A DNA stretch of 55,038 nt, from assembly GCA_033813015.1 (NCBI GenBank), contig JAPXSN010000002.1:1-55038 (forward strand), in the 5' to 3' direction. The translations under genes were made by a program, and so were the position numbers. The stretch comes from Clostridia bacterium (GTDB taxonomy: Bacteria > Bacillota > Clostridia > Christensenellales > CAG-138). Shown here piece after piece: positions 8,303 to 16,280 of this stretch (position 1 is the stretch's first letter; every line of letters begins with the position of its first letter). The notes under the pieces are model-generated. The model did not search any database. It saw only the letters and a list, made by a program, of their open reading frames with translations, and had not been told where the DNA came from.

Positions 8303-8453
8303 TGCTTTATTCTAACATAAAAAAGCGAAACGCGCTTACGCTTCCCTCCCCTCCGCGCGAATTTATAGGCAGGGCTCGCGCAAAGCGCAAACAAAACCGA
8401 TGCCGTTTGAACCGGAGTCGGCCTACGGAATCGCATGCTGCGCCGGGGATTCC

Positions 8454-9929
8454 TTAGCACATGAGCGGGAAAAGCTCCTTCACGGAAGGATAAATCCTGC
8501 GGAACTCGCGATAGCGCCCCTCGTAGCGCGCCGCGATTTCGGGATTCGGCTTCACCGTGCCGTTCGCCCGAACTATGCGGGCCGCGACGTCGGCTACGGA
8601 TGCGTATTCGTTGCAGGCAACCGCTGCGAGCATGGCCGCGCCGAGGCCCGGCCCCTCCTCCGCGGCGATAGTGTCGAGCTCAAGGTTCAAAACATTTGCG
8701 AAGATGCTCCTCCACAGCGGGCTTTTCGCGCCGCCGCCACAGATTTTACTGCGCGCAATGGGGATGCCGATGGATCCGGCGACCTCCAATGAATCGCGTA
8801 CGCCGAAAGCCACGCCCTCAAGCACAGCCAGCGTCATGTCAAGACGCGTGGTATCCATGCTCATGCCGATAAAGGCGCCGCGCGCGGCGGGGTCGTTGTG
8901 CGGAGAGCGTTCGCCCATGAGGTACGGCAGGAAAAAAACATGGTTGCGCCCGAGCATATCATCCGTAATCCCCGCCTGCTCGGCCGTGAAATCCGAGGTT
9001 TTAAGGATGCTTTCTGCCCACCACTTGTTGCAGGAGGCGGCTGAAAGCATGCAGCCCATCAAATGATATGCCCCATCCGCGTGCGCGAAGGCATGCAGCG
9101 CGTTGTTAGCGTCCACGCGGAAGCGCTCGCTCGAAATGAACACCGTACCGGATGTGCCCAAGGAGATGTTGCAGCGCCCTTCCCCCACGGTGTTCGTGCC
9201 CACGGCGGCCGCAGCATTGTCCCCCGCGCCGGCGCAGACCACGACGCCCTGTGGCAAACCAAGCTTGCTTGCGACCTGCGGTCTGAGAGTGCCAACCGCC
9301 TCAAAGCTTTCATATAGCCGGGGCATATGCTCTAGCGAAACGCCGCAGATTTTGAGCATGGGCTCCGACCAGCGGCGATGCGCGACATCCAATAACAGCA
9401 TGCCGGACGCGTCGGAAAAATCCGTGCTGTGCACGCCTGTGAGAAGATAGACGAGGTAGTCCTTAGGCAGCATAATTTTGCGGATTTTCGCGAACAGCTC
9501 CGGCTCGTTGGTCTTCATCCACAACAGCTTCGGCGCGGTAAACCCAGCGAAGGCGATGTTGCCCGTCCACGCGGAAAGGTTCTTTTTGCCGACGGTTTCG
9601 TTGAGCCACTCGGTCTCTTTGGCGGTACGCCCGTCGTTCCACAATATGGCAGGGCGGATGACCCGATCGTCCTTATCCAGCACGACTAGGCCGTGCATCT
9701 GGCCGCCGATGCCGATGCCCGCGACGAGCGTACGGTCGAAACTCTCAAGTAGTTCCGGGATACAAGCAAACGCCGCGGCCTCCCAATCCTCGGGGCGCTG
9801 TTGCGACCAGCCGGGATGCGGAAACTCGATGGGATACTCCCGCGACACGATGCGAAGTACCTTGCCCAAGCTATCCATGAGCAGCGTTTTGACGGCGGAT
9901 GTGCCAAGGTCTACGCCTATGTAATACAT
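8454..9929 (-). CDS. xylB: Xylulokinase (FGGY carbohydrate kinase)
   Basis: MYYIGVDLGTSAVKTLLMD…FPHPGWSQQRPEDWW-like N-terminus. The length of about 491 aa is normal. GAGGTGAGGAG lies upstream of the ATG at 9929. Confidence 0.88.
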   Translation of the reverse strand: MYYIGVDLGTSAVKTLLMDSLGKVLRIVSREYPIEFPHPGWSQQRPEDWEAAAFACIPELLESFDRTLVAGIGIGGQMHGLVVLDKDDRVIRPAILWNDGRTAKETEWLNETVGKKNLSAWTGNIAFAGFTAPKLLWMKTNEPELFAKIRKIMLPKDYLVYLLTGVHSTDFSDASGMLLLDVAHRRWSEPMLKICGVSLEHMPRLYESFEAVGTLRPQVASKLGLPQGVVVCAGAGDNAAAAVGTNTVGEGRCNISLGTSGTVFISSERFRVDANNALHAFAHADGAYHLMGCMLSAASCNKWWAESILKTSDFTAEQAGITDDMLGRNHVFFLPYLMGERSPHNDPAARGAFIGMSMDTTRLDMTLAVLEGVAFGVRDSLEVAGSIGIPIARSKICGGGAKSPLWRSIFANVLNLELDTIAAEEGPGLGAAMLAAVACNEYASVADVAARIVRANGTVKPNPEIAARYEGRYREFRRIYPSVKELFPLMC

Positions 9930-9991
9930 TCTCCTCACCTCGCTAAAAATCAGGGCGGCTCGACCGCCGTCCCGATTTCAATAAACTCCGA

Positions 9992-10432
9992 TCATCCGAA
10001 AAGGATGCCGTTGACGATGCTTTCGAGATACTCCTGCCTGCCGCTGCCGGGAAGCGCCGGCTGCTTCATTTGTTCCGCATGCGCCGCGCATTCGGCAAGC
10101 GTGGCTTTCCCGCTGCGGATGCGCGCGCCGATGCCGCCGCGATAGCTCGCGTAGCGTTCCTCGAGGAAAGAGTCGATGCGCCCGTCCTCCGATATGGCGG
10201 CCGCCTTGATTAGCCCGAGCGCGAAGGTATCCATACCCAAAATGAAGGCACCGAACATATCCTTCCCCTCGTTGCACAGGTTGTGCCACCATGCCATCGC
10301 GAAGGGAAGATGCTCAGCTATGCGTTTGCCCTGAATGATGCGGTCGGGATCGTAGTATTTGAAAGCCATGGGATTCTTGCTCTGCGGCCCTTCGTAGCGT
10401 ATCTGCGGGATGCGCGGGAAGAATCCGGTCAT
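9992..10432 (-). pseudogene. xylA: Xylose isomerase remnant with an in-frame internal deletion (N-terminal ~60 aa fused to C-terminal ~85 aa)
   Basis: MTGFFPRIPQIRYEGPQSKNPMAFKYYDP…WWHNLCNEGKDMFG matches the XylA N-terminus. It joins directly to …LGMDTFALGLIKAA…ERYASYRGGIGARIRSGKA…SGRQEYLESIVNGILF, the XylA C-terminus. The ORF is 146 aa against about 440 aa for intact XylA. Confidence 0.8.
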
Positions 10433-10641
10433 TGTATAGCGCCCTTTCTTATGCGTTCTTTTTGCTGTATATCAAATATAAATCTTGAAGTATCTTTGCT
10501 TCAGCTTAATTATATCATACTCGTCTTTCCGACGTAATCCCGTATACGCTTAAGGGCAAAAGCTGTTTTCCCAGCCTTCGCCCTTGTTCCATGCTTTAGG
10601 CGGCTCGATCCCGGGACTCCTGCCGCCGAATAGAATCCGAT

Positions 10642-11628
10642 TTACTGACCGAACGTGCCGTCCTGAAGCTGCTTGACGTACTCGAGTATCTTGGCCTGAG
10701 TATCGGCGTCGATGAGCGCGTCGTTGAACTTGCCCAAGTACACGCAGTTATTTTCGAGCGAGCCGAACACGACCTCGTTGCCGAAGGTGTCGTTCTCGCA
10801 CTTCTCGAGGCAGATGGCGAGCATGGCCGCGTTGTCGGTGACGACGCTGCAGGCGACGCAGGGGTTCTGGCCGAGCAGGTCGGCGGGCTGGCCGATGTCG
10901 ATGATCTTCACGGTATCGCCGTTGGCCTGGTCGATGGCCTGTCGCGCGCCGGAGTCGACGGCGGAAGCGTCGCCGAAGAACACATCCGCGCCCTCGTTGA
11001 TCATGGAAGCGGCAAGCTCCATGCCCTTGGCGGTGTCGTTGAACGAGCCGGCATAGGCGGAGACAGCCTTGATAGCAGGGTTGATGACCTGCGCGGCGGA
11101 TTCAAAGTGCGCGAGTTTGGACTTGGTGGTGTCGAGCTCCATGCCGCCGATGAAGCCGATGACGTTGGACTTGCTCATCAGACCCGCGATGATGCCCGCG
11201 ATGGAGCCGATCTGGTCCGCGTTGGGCAGCATGCTCATGATGTTGTCGGTCGGCAGCGAGGTCGAGCCGTTGAGCACGGCGAAGCAGACGTCGGGATAAT
11301 CCGCGGCAACCTGCTTGACGGCGTCGCTGTACTGGTTGCCCGGCGCGAAAATCAGGTTATAGCCGAGGTCGCAGTAGCTGATCATGGTATCCGCGTAGGC
11401 GGACTGGTCGATGGAATCGGTGTAGGCGGTTTCCCAGCCGCGTTTCTCGGCGGCGGCAACCATGCCGTTGTAGCAGGCGGCACCCCAGCCGCCGTCGGAG
11501 ATGCTGGAGTCGCAGATCATGGCAACCTTGTAGGTCTTTTCGCCGGGGGCCTCGGGGCCTTTGGCGCAGGCGCTCAGCGCGGCGAGAGAGAGGCACAGAG
11601 CGAGCAGGAGCGCGAGAGCTTTCTTCAT
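10642..11628 (-). CDS. BMP-family (PnrA/Med-like) ABC transporter substrate-binding lipoprotein
   Basis: Signal peptide with a lipobox (LAALSAC). The BMP-type sequence includes …FIGGMELDTT… and …VFFGDASAVDSGA…. The ATG at 11628 follows GGAGG. Confidence 0.85.
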   Translation of the reverse strand: MKKALALLLALCLSLAALSACAKGPEAPGEKTYKVAMICDSSISDGGWGAACYNGMVAAAEKRGWETAYTDSIDQSAYADTMISYCDLGYNLIFAPGNQYSDAVKQVAADYPDVCFAVLNGSTSLPTDNIMSMLPNADQIGSIAGIIAGLMSKSNVIGFIGGMELDTTKSKLAHFESAAQVINPAIKAVSAYAGSFNDTAKGMELAASMINEGADVFFGDASAVDSGARQAIDQANGDTVKIIDIGQPADLLGQNPCVACSVVTDNAAMLAICLEKCENDTFGNEVVFGSLENNCVYLGKFNDALIDADTQAKILEYVKQLQDGTFGQ

Positions 11629-11711
11629 GGTATCCTTTTCCTCCAATGTTTAATGTTTTGTAATCGGGCTTTCGCCCGCGATTACCTTGGTTTCTCCCTA
11701 TAGGGCGGAAA

Positions 11712-12641
11712 TTACCGCTCCTCGCGGTAGTACGGCTTGCCCTTGGCTTTTGGCCCCGCGATCTTGCTGCCGAACAGGGTCAGCGCGATGAGTGTCATCA
11801 CATACGGGATCATCTGGAAGAGCTGGTACGGGATCAGGTCCGTGCCGATCTGGAGTCTCAACTGCAGCGCGTCGAAGAAGCCGAAAAGCAAGCAGGCCAT
11901 GAGTACGCCGGAGCCCGACCAGCGGCCGAAGATGACCGCCGCAAGAGCGATGAAACCGCGGCCGGCGACGATGCCGTCCGAATAGGTGTTGACGTAGCAG
12001 GTGGTCAGGTACGCGCCGCCCATGCCCGCGAGGAAGCCGCAGATGACGCTGGCGACGTACTTGTGCCGCATGACATTGATGCCCATGGTTTCCGCGGCCT
12101 TCGGATACTCACCAACGGCCGTGTAGCTCAGGCCGGACTTCGTGCGGTTGAAGTATACGGCCGTCACGACGACGAGCAGGTACACGGCATAGACCATCGG
12201 CGTTTGATCGAAAAGGAGCTTGCCGAGGAAGGGAATATCCTTGAGGACCGGTATCGCGACGGTTTTCATCAGCGTGGCCTGCGCGAGAGTAGAGCTCACG
12301 CCGAACACGATGCGGTAGATAAATGATGCGAGCGCGGGCGCAAAGATGTTGATAGCCATGCCGAACACGATCTGCGGGCCGGCCAAAGTTACGGTGCAGA
12401 ACGCGTAGACCATATTGACCAGCACGCCGCCGAGCGCGCCGCACAGCACGCCCAGGAACGGATTGCCTGTCCAGTAACATACGAGGAAGCCCGCGAGCGC
12501 ACCGAAGGACATGATGCCGTCAAGGCCGATGTTGACGAGGCCCGCGCGCTCCGAATAGAGCTCGGCGAGCGCCACGAACAAAAGCGGTGTCGCCATGCGC
12601 ACGGCGGAAATGAGAAGATCCGAAATCGCAGTCCATTCCAT
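11712..12641 (-). CDS. ABC transporter permease (BMP/nucleoside-type, second permease)
   Basis: 309 aa, polytopic and hydrophobic. Its start is coupled (ATGA-type overlap) to the upstream permease's stop at 12641. Confidence 0.85.
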   Translation of the reverse strand: MEWTAISDLLISAVRMATPLLFVALAELYSERAGLVNIGLDGIMSFGALAGFLVCYWTGNPFLGVLCGALGGVLVNMVYAFCTVTLAGPQIVFGMAINIFAPALASFIYRIVFGVSSTLAQATLMKTVAIPVLKDIPFLGKLLFDQTPMVYAVYLLVVVTAVYFNRTKSGLSYTAVGEYPKAAETMGINVMRHKYVASVICGFLAGMGGAYLTTCYVNTYSDGIVAGRGFIALAAVIFGRWSGSGVLMACLLFGFFDALQLRLQIGTDLIPYQLFQMIPYVMTLIALTLFGSKIAGPKAKGKPYYREER

Positions 12642-13702
12642 TATGCTGCGGCCTCCTTTTTCTCAAAAAGGTTCAGTAGAAACGAGCGGACCTTGGGCAA
12701 ATACTGCATGGACGAGCCCGCAACGGCGAAGATGATGACGAGCGCCTGTATGATGTCGATGACGCTCGTGGGGACGCCGGTCCCGACCTGCATGGTTGTG
12801 GAGCCCACGCGGAGCACCGCGAAGAAGTAAGCAACGATCATGGTCGCAATCGGATGAAGCTGCGCGATAAGCGCGATGGCCACGCCGTCGAAGCCGTAGC
12901 CGCCGCCGTAGCCGCTGATCAGGCGGAACTGGGTGCCCAGGATATCGCACGCTCCGCCTAGCCCCGCGATGGCGCCGGAAACGATGAAGGCCGCGAGCAT
13001 ATACCGCTTGACCGAAAGGCCGTTGTAGCTGCTGGCGGTCTGGTTGTAGCCCACCGCGCGAAGTTGGAAGCCCTTGGAAGTGTTGAACAGAAAATACCAT
13101 ACGGCAACGCCGAGCAGAAGGGCGACTACGATGCCCCATGTGATGCGAAGATCCGGGAAGATGCGGCCGATCCTCGTCGCATCCGGCACGGGCGCGGTCT
13201 GCGGGACGCTGCCCTCGCGAAGCGCCGTGGTGTAGAGATAGCCCATAAAGAGCGTGGCCACGTAGTTGAACATGATGGTCGTGATCATCTCGTTGAGGCC
13301 GCGCCAGATTTTTAAAAGACCCGGAAGCAGACCCCAAAGCCCGCCCACGATGGTGCCCGCGAGCACGGCGAGCAGCGTGACCCACCAGCCTTCGCCGCCA
13401 ACGAGAAGCGAAACCGTGATGGCCGCCATCGCGCCTGAGAGGAACTGGCCCTCGCCGCCAAGGTTGAAAACCCCGCAGCGGTAAGCAAAACATGTGCACA
13501 GGCCGGTAAAGAGCAGCGGCATGGCGCGCACGACCGTGTTTGCGAAGTTGCTCTTCGAGCCGAACGCACCCTTGACAAGGTAGCCGATGGCCTGAAACGG
13601 ATTCGAGCCAAGGAGCAGGATGATGAGCATGCCAATGAGGAAAGCCAACAGCACGGACAGGGCAGGAATCAGAAGGTTCAATACTTTCGTTTTCTGCATC
13701 AT
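12641..13702 (-). CDS. ABC transporter permease (BMP/nucleoside-type, first permease)
   Basis: 353 aa, polytopic membrane protein. It is the frame with a hydrophobic profile; the overlapping 406-aa Arg-rich ORF was rejected. Confidence 0.85.
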   Translation of the reverse strand: MMQKTKVLNLLIPALSVLLAFLIGMLIILLLGSNPFQAIGYLVKGAFGSKSNFANTVVRAMPLLFTGLCTCFAYRCGVFNLGGEGQFLSGAMAAITVSLLVGGEGWWVTLLAVLAGTIVGGLWGLLPGLLKIWRGLNEMITTIMFNYVATLFMGYLYTTALREGSVPQTAPVPDATRIGRIFPDLRITWGIVVALLLGVAVWYFLFNTSKGFQLRAVGYNQTASSYNGLSVKRYMLAAFIVSGAIAGLGGACDILGTQFRLISGYGGGYGFDGVAIALIAQLHPIATMIVAYFFAVLRVGSTTMQVGTGVPTSVIDIIQALVIIFAVAGSSMQYLPKVRSFLLNLFEKKEAAA

Positions 13703-13716
13703 TCGCTATCCCTCCC

Positions 13717-15225
13717 TTATTTGCCGGCCATGGCGAGGCTGATCGTCTGGATGGGCGGCTGCTTGCCGGGGTATTCTCCCATAACCTTGCCCTCGAACAT
13801 GACGATGATCCTATCGGACATCTGTAATATTTCGTCGAAGTCCGCGCTGATGAGCAGCACCGCGCAGCCCTTGTCCCGCGCAACTATCATCATGTCGCGC
13901 ACGTAGCGCGTAGCACCGATATCGAGGCCGCGCGTCGGATGCACGGCGACGAGCAGGTCCGGCTGTGCCTCAAGCTCGCGCGCGAGGATCACCTTCTGCT
14001 GGTTTCCGCCGGAGAGCATGCGGATTTCCTGGTCCGTAGACCGGCAGCGGATATCGTACTTCGCGCGCATGGCTTCGGAGTGGGACTTCATGGCCTTCTT
14101 CTTAAGCTGCCAGCCGTTGAACTTGCAGAATTCGCACTTCTGCGTGCTCTTGAGAAGCAGGTTCTCCTGCACCGACATATCGCCCACGAGACCCATGCGG
14201 TTGCGGTCCTCGGGGATGTGCGAAACATTTCTTTTGATAAAATCTGCCACGGTGAAACGCGAGACCGTGCAACCCTTGAGCGTGACCTCCCCCGCCTCTG
14301 CCGCAATCACGCCGGTGGCGAGCTGCGCAAGCTGGCTCTGGCCGTTGCCGTCCACGCCCGCGATGCCCACGATCTCGCCGCGGCGCACGCTCAATGAAAT
14401 ATTTGAAAGGCCATTGTGCTTGGATTGCTTGTTGTAATCGACGTTTTTCAATTCGATCACAGGCTCACCCTGCGATTCGACCTTCTCATACTCGCACTCG
14501 ATCAGGTCGCGCCCGATCATCAGATTGGCAAGCTCCTTGCCGTCGGTCTCGCTCGCGTTAAGCGTGCGGATGGTCCTGCCCGCGCGAAGGATGGTGATGC
14601 GATCGCTTACATGCAAAACCTCTCGCATCTTGTGGCTGATGAAGACGATGCTTTTACCCTCGCCCTTGAGCTTTTCGATCACTTTATAAAGGCCCTCGAC
14701 CTCGATATCGGTCAGCGCGGCGGTCGGCTCGTCAAGCACGAGGATCTCCGCGCCGCGGTAGAGCGCCTTGAGTATTTCCACGCGCTGCTGCGCGCCCACA
14801 GAGATATCCGTTACCTTAGCCTCCAGGTCGATGTTGAGGCCGTAGCGCCAGGAAAGCTCGAGTATTTCCTTTCTGCGCGCGTCGTGGCGGATGAAGAGGC
14901 CTTTGTCGCGCTTGTCGCCGAGGATGATGTTCTGCATCACCGTCATGGCCTCAACCAGCATGAAGTGCTGGTGCACCATGCCTATGCCAAGGCGCACCGC
15001 CTGCGCGGGGGATTCGATGTGCACTTCCTTCCCGTGAAGGTAAATTTTGCCTGCGGTGGGCTGATAAAGGCCAATGAGCACGTTCATGAGCGTAGACTTC
15101 CCCGCGCCGTTTTCACCGAGCAAAGTATGCACCTCGCCCTTTCGCACATCAAAGTGGATATCCTTATTGGCAAAAAAATCGCCAAACTGCTTGCTGATGT
15201 GCTCCATGCGCAGTATTTCTTCCAT
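13717..15225 (-). CDS. ABC transporter ATP-binding protein with duplicated NBDs
   Basis: 502 aa. Walker A GENGAGKST, signature LSVGAQQRVEI and LSGGNQQKV, and two Walker B motifs. Confidence 0.9.
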   Translation of the reverse strand: MEEILRMEHISKQFGDFFANKDIHFDVRKGEVHTLLGENGAGKSTLMNVLIGLYQPTAGKIYLHGKEVHIESPAQAVRLGIGMVHQHFMLVEAMTVMQNIILGDKRDKGLFIRHDARRKEILELSWRYGLNIDLEAKVTDISVGAQQRVEILKALYRGAEILVLDEPTAALTDIEVEGLYKVIEKLKGEGKSIVFISHKMREVLHVSDRITILRAGRTIRTLNASETDGKELANLMIGRDLIECEYEKVESQGEPVIELKNVDYNKQSKHNGLSNISLSVRRGEIVGIAGVDGNGQSQLAQLATGVIAAEAGEVTLKGCTVSRFTVADFIKRNVSHIPEDRNRMGLVGDMSVQENLLLKSTQKCEFCKFNGWQLKKKAMKSHSEAMRAKYDIRCRSTDQEIRMLSGGNQQKVILARELEAQPDLLVAVHPTRGLDIGATRYVRDMMIVARDKGCAVLLISADFDEILQMSDRIIVMFEGKVMGEYPGKQPPIQTISLAMAGK

Positions 15226-15299
15226 AGATTAAGTCCCCTTCCCGAACCAATTCGGATATGACGGCTCTATTTAATGTTCCAATCTGCAGTAAACTCCAA

Positions 15300-15316
15300 G
15301 CTATAGTAACTATAGC
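15300..15316. promoter_or_regulatory. Perfect 17-bp palindrome GCTATAGT-A-ACTATAGC upstream of the ABC operon
   Basis: Read directly from the sequence. It lies about 75-90 nt upstream of the ATPase start codon (15225, minus strand). It is a candidate dimeric-regulator operator. Confidence 0.35.
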
Positions 15317-15322
15317 AAGCGC

Positions 15323-15344
15323 TCCGTACGGAAACCGTACGGAA
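15323..15344 (-). promoter_or_regulatory. Tandem 11-nt direct repeat TTCCGTACGG(T/A) x2, candidate response-regulator box
   Basis: Minus strand reads TTCCGTACGGT TTCCGTACGGA. Each unit contains the palindrome CCGTACGG. The 11-bp phasing is typical of OmpR/SARP-type wHTH sites. The neighbouring RR has such an output domain. Confidence 0.35.
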
Positions 15345-15444
15345 TATCCTTATCCTGCCCTTAAAAATGCAGATTATTTGATTGCTTTCGGGCGAGAATC
15401 CGCGCAAAGACACCGCGCGGCGGGCGAAGATGAAAATACCCTTT

Positions 15445-15469
15445 AAAATGCGGCGTCGGACGCGCCGCA
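15445..15469 (-). terminator. Rho-independent terminator after the response-regulator gene
   Basis: Minus strand reads TGCGGCG-CGTCCGA-CGCCGCA-TTTT, starting about 10 nt after the stop codon at 15480. Confidence 0.7.
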
Positions 15470-15479
15470 ATGCGTTGTT

Positions 15480-16280
15480 TCAGCGGTTCAGTCGCTTTTT
15501 CTCGCACATGCGGTAGATGGCGGGCTCCGCCCAGGCGTATTCGCTCATGAAGCGGCCGTCGAAACGGGCGACGGCGTCGGGCTTGCCCGCCCAGAAATCG
15601 TAGTAATCGCAGGAGACAAGCTCGCGCCGGACGCGGCAGCTCCCGCGTTCGCGCACGAATATTTCCTCCAGGCCGCAGGCCTTGAGCGTATCCGTAAGCT
15701 CCTTGATAATCCTGCGATAGCCGGTGTTGCCGGCGGTCTTGTTTTCGCTGCCCTCACAAAGATGCTCAATGATCTCGTGGATGCCGACGCTGCGGCCTTC
15801 GTAATAGACGCACAGCGCCATGAGCTCCTTCGCCTTGGAGGAGTGGAAGCGGACGGGCTTGCCGTCCGCGAGCATCCCGAAGCTGCCGAAGGTGTGGAAG
15901 GAAGCGCGCTTTTGCTGGCGGCTTTGCAGCAGTTTCGCGCGCTCGAGCACATCGAGGATATCGTTGCGGTCGAACGGCTTGAAGACCATATAATCCGCCT
16001 TCATACGAAAAGCCTCCACCGCAAAGCGCGGGTGCGCGGTGACGAACACGATGATGATATCCCGCCGTAGAGCCCTAAGGCGCATCGCTAGCTCTATGCC
16101 GTTCATGCCGGGCATGTCGATATCGAGCATGGCGAAATCCACCTCGTTGCGCTCCGCGAAAGCGATTGCCTCGGCAGGATCCGTGAAATTGCCGACGATT
16201 TCAAAATCGGGCACGTCCGCGCACTTGCGCTCGAGCAGCTGCATATCAAGCGCCATATCGTCTACGAGTATCGTCTTCAT
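15480..16280 (-). CDS. Response regulator: REC domain plus SARP/OmpR-like winged-helix output domain
   Basis: MKTILVDDMALDMQ…LDIDMPGMNG is a REC domain. The C-terminal part (FGSFGMLADGKPVRFHSSKAKELMALCVYY…) resembles BTAD/trans_reg_C-type wHTH. The ATG at 16280 overlaps the HK stop (ATGA). Confidence 0.8.
   Translation of the reverse strand: MKTILVDDMALDMQLLERKCADVPDFEIVGNFTDPAEAIAFAERNEVDFAMLDIDMPGMNGIELAMRLRALRRDIIIVFVTAHPRFAVEAFRMKADYMVFKPFDRNDILDVLERAKLLQSRQQKRASFHTFGSFGMLADGKPVRFHSSKAKELMALCVYYEGRSVGIHEIIEHLCEGSENKTAGNTGYRRIIKELTDTLKACGLEEIFVRERGSCRVRRELVSCDYYDFWAGKPDAVARFDGRFMSEYAWAEPAIYRMCEKKRLNR

Noticed and set aside
15226-15480. A possible purine, nucleoside or other riboswitch in the 255-nt leader of the BMP ABC operon.
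   Set aside because: I compared it by eye with the purine riboswitch core (…GGAUAUGG…GUUUCUACC…CCGUAAA…GACUA…). Only fragmentary resemblance was found (GGAUAUUCC…GGUUUCC), and there is no three-way junction. An Rfam/Infernal scan would settle it.
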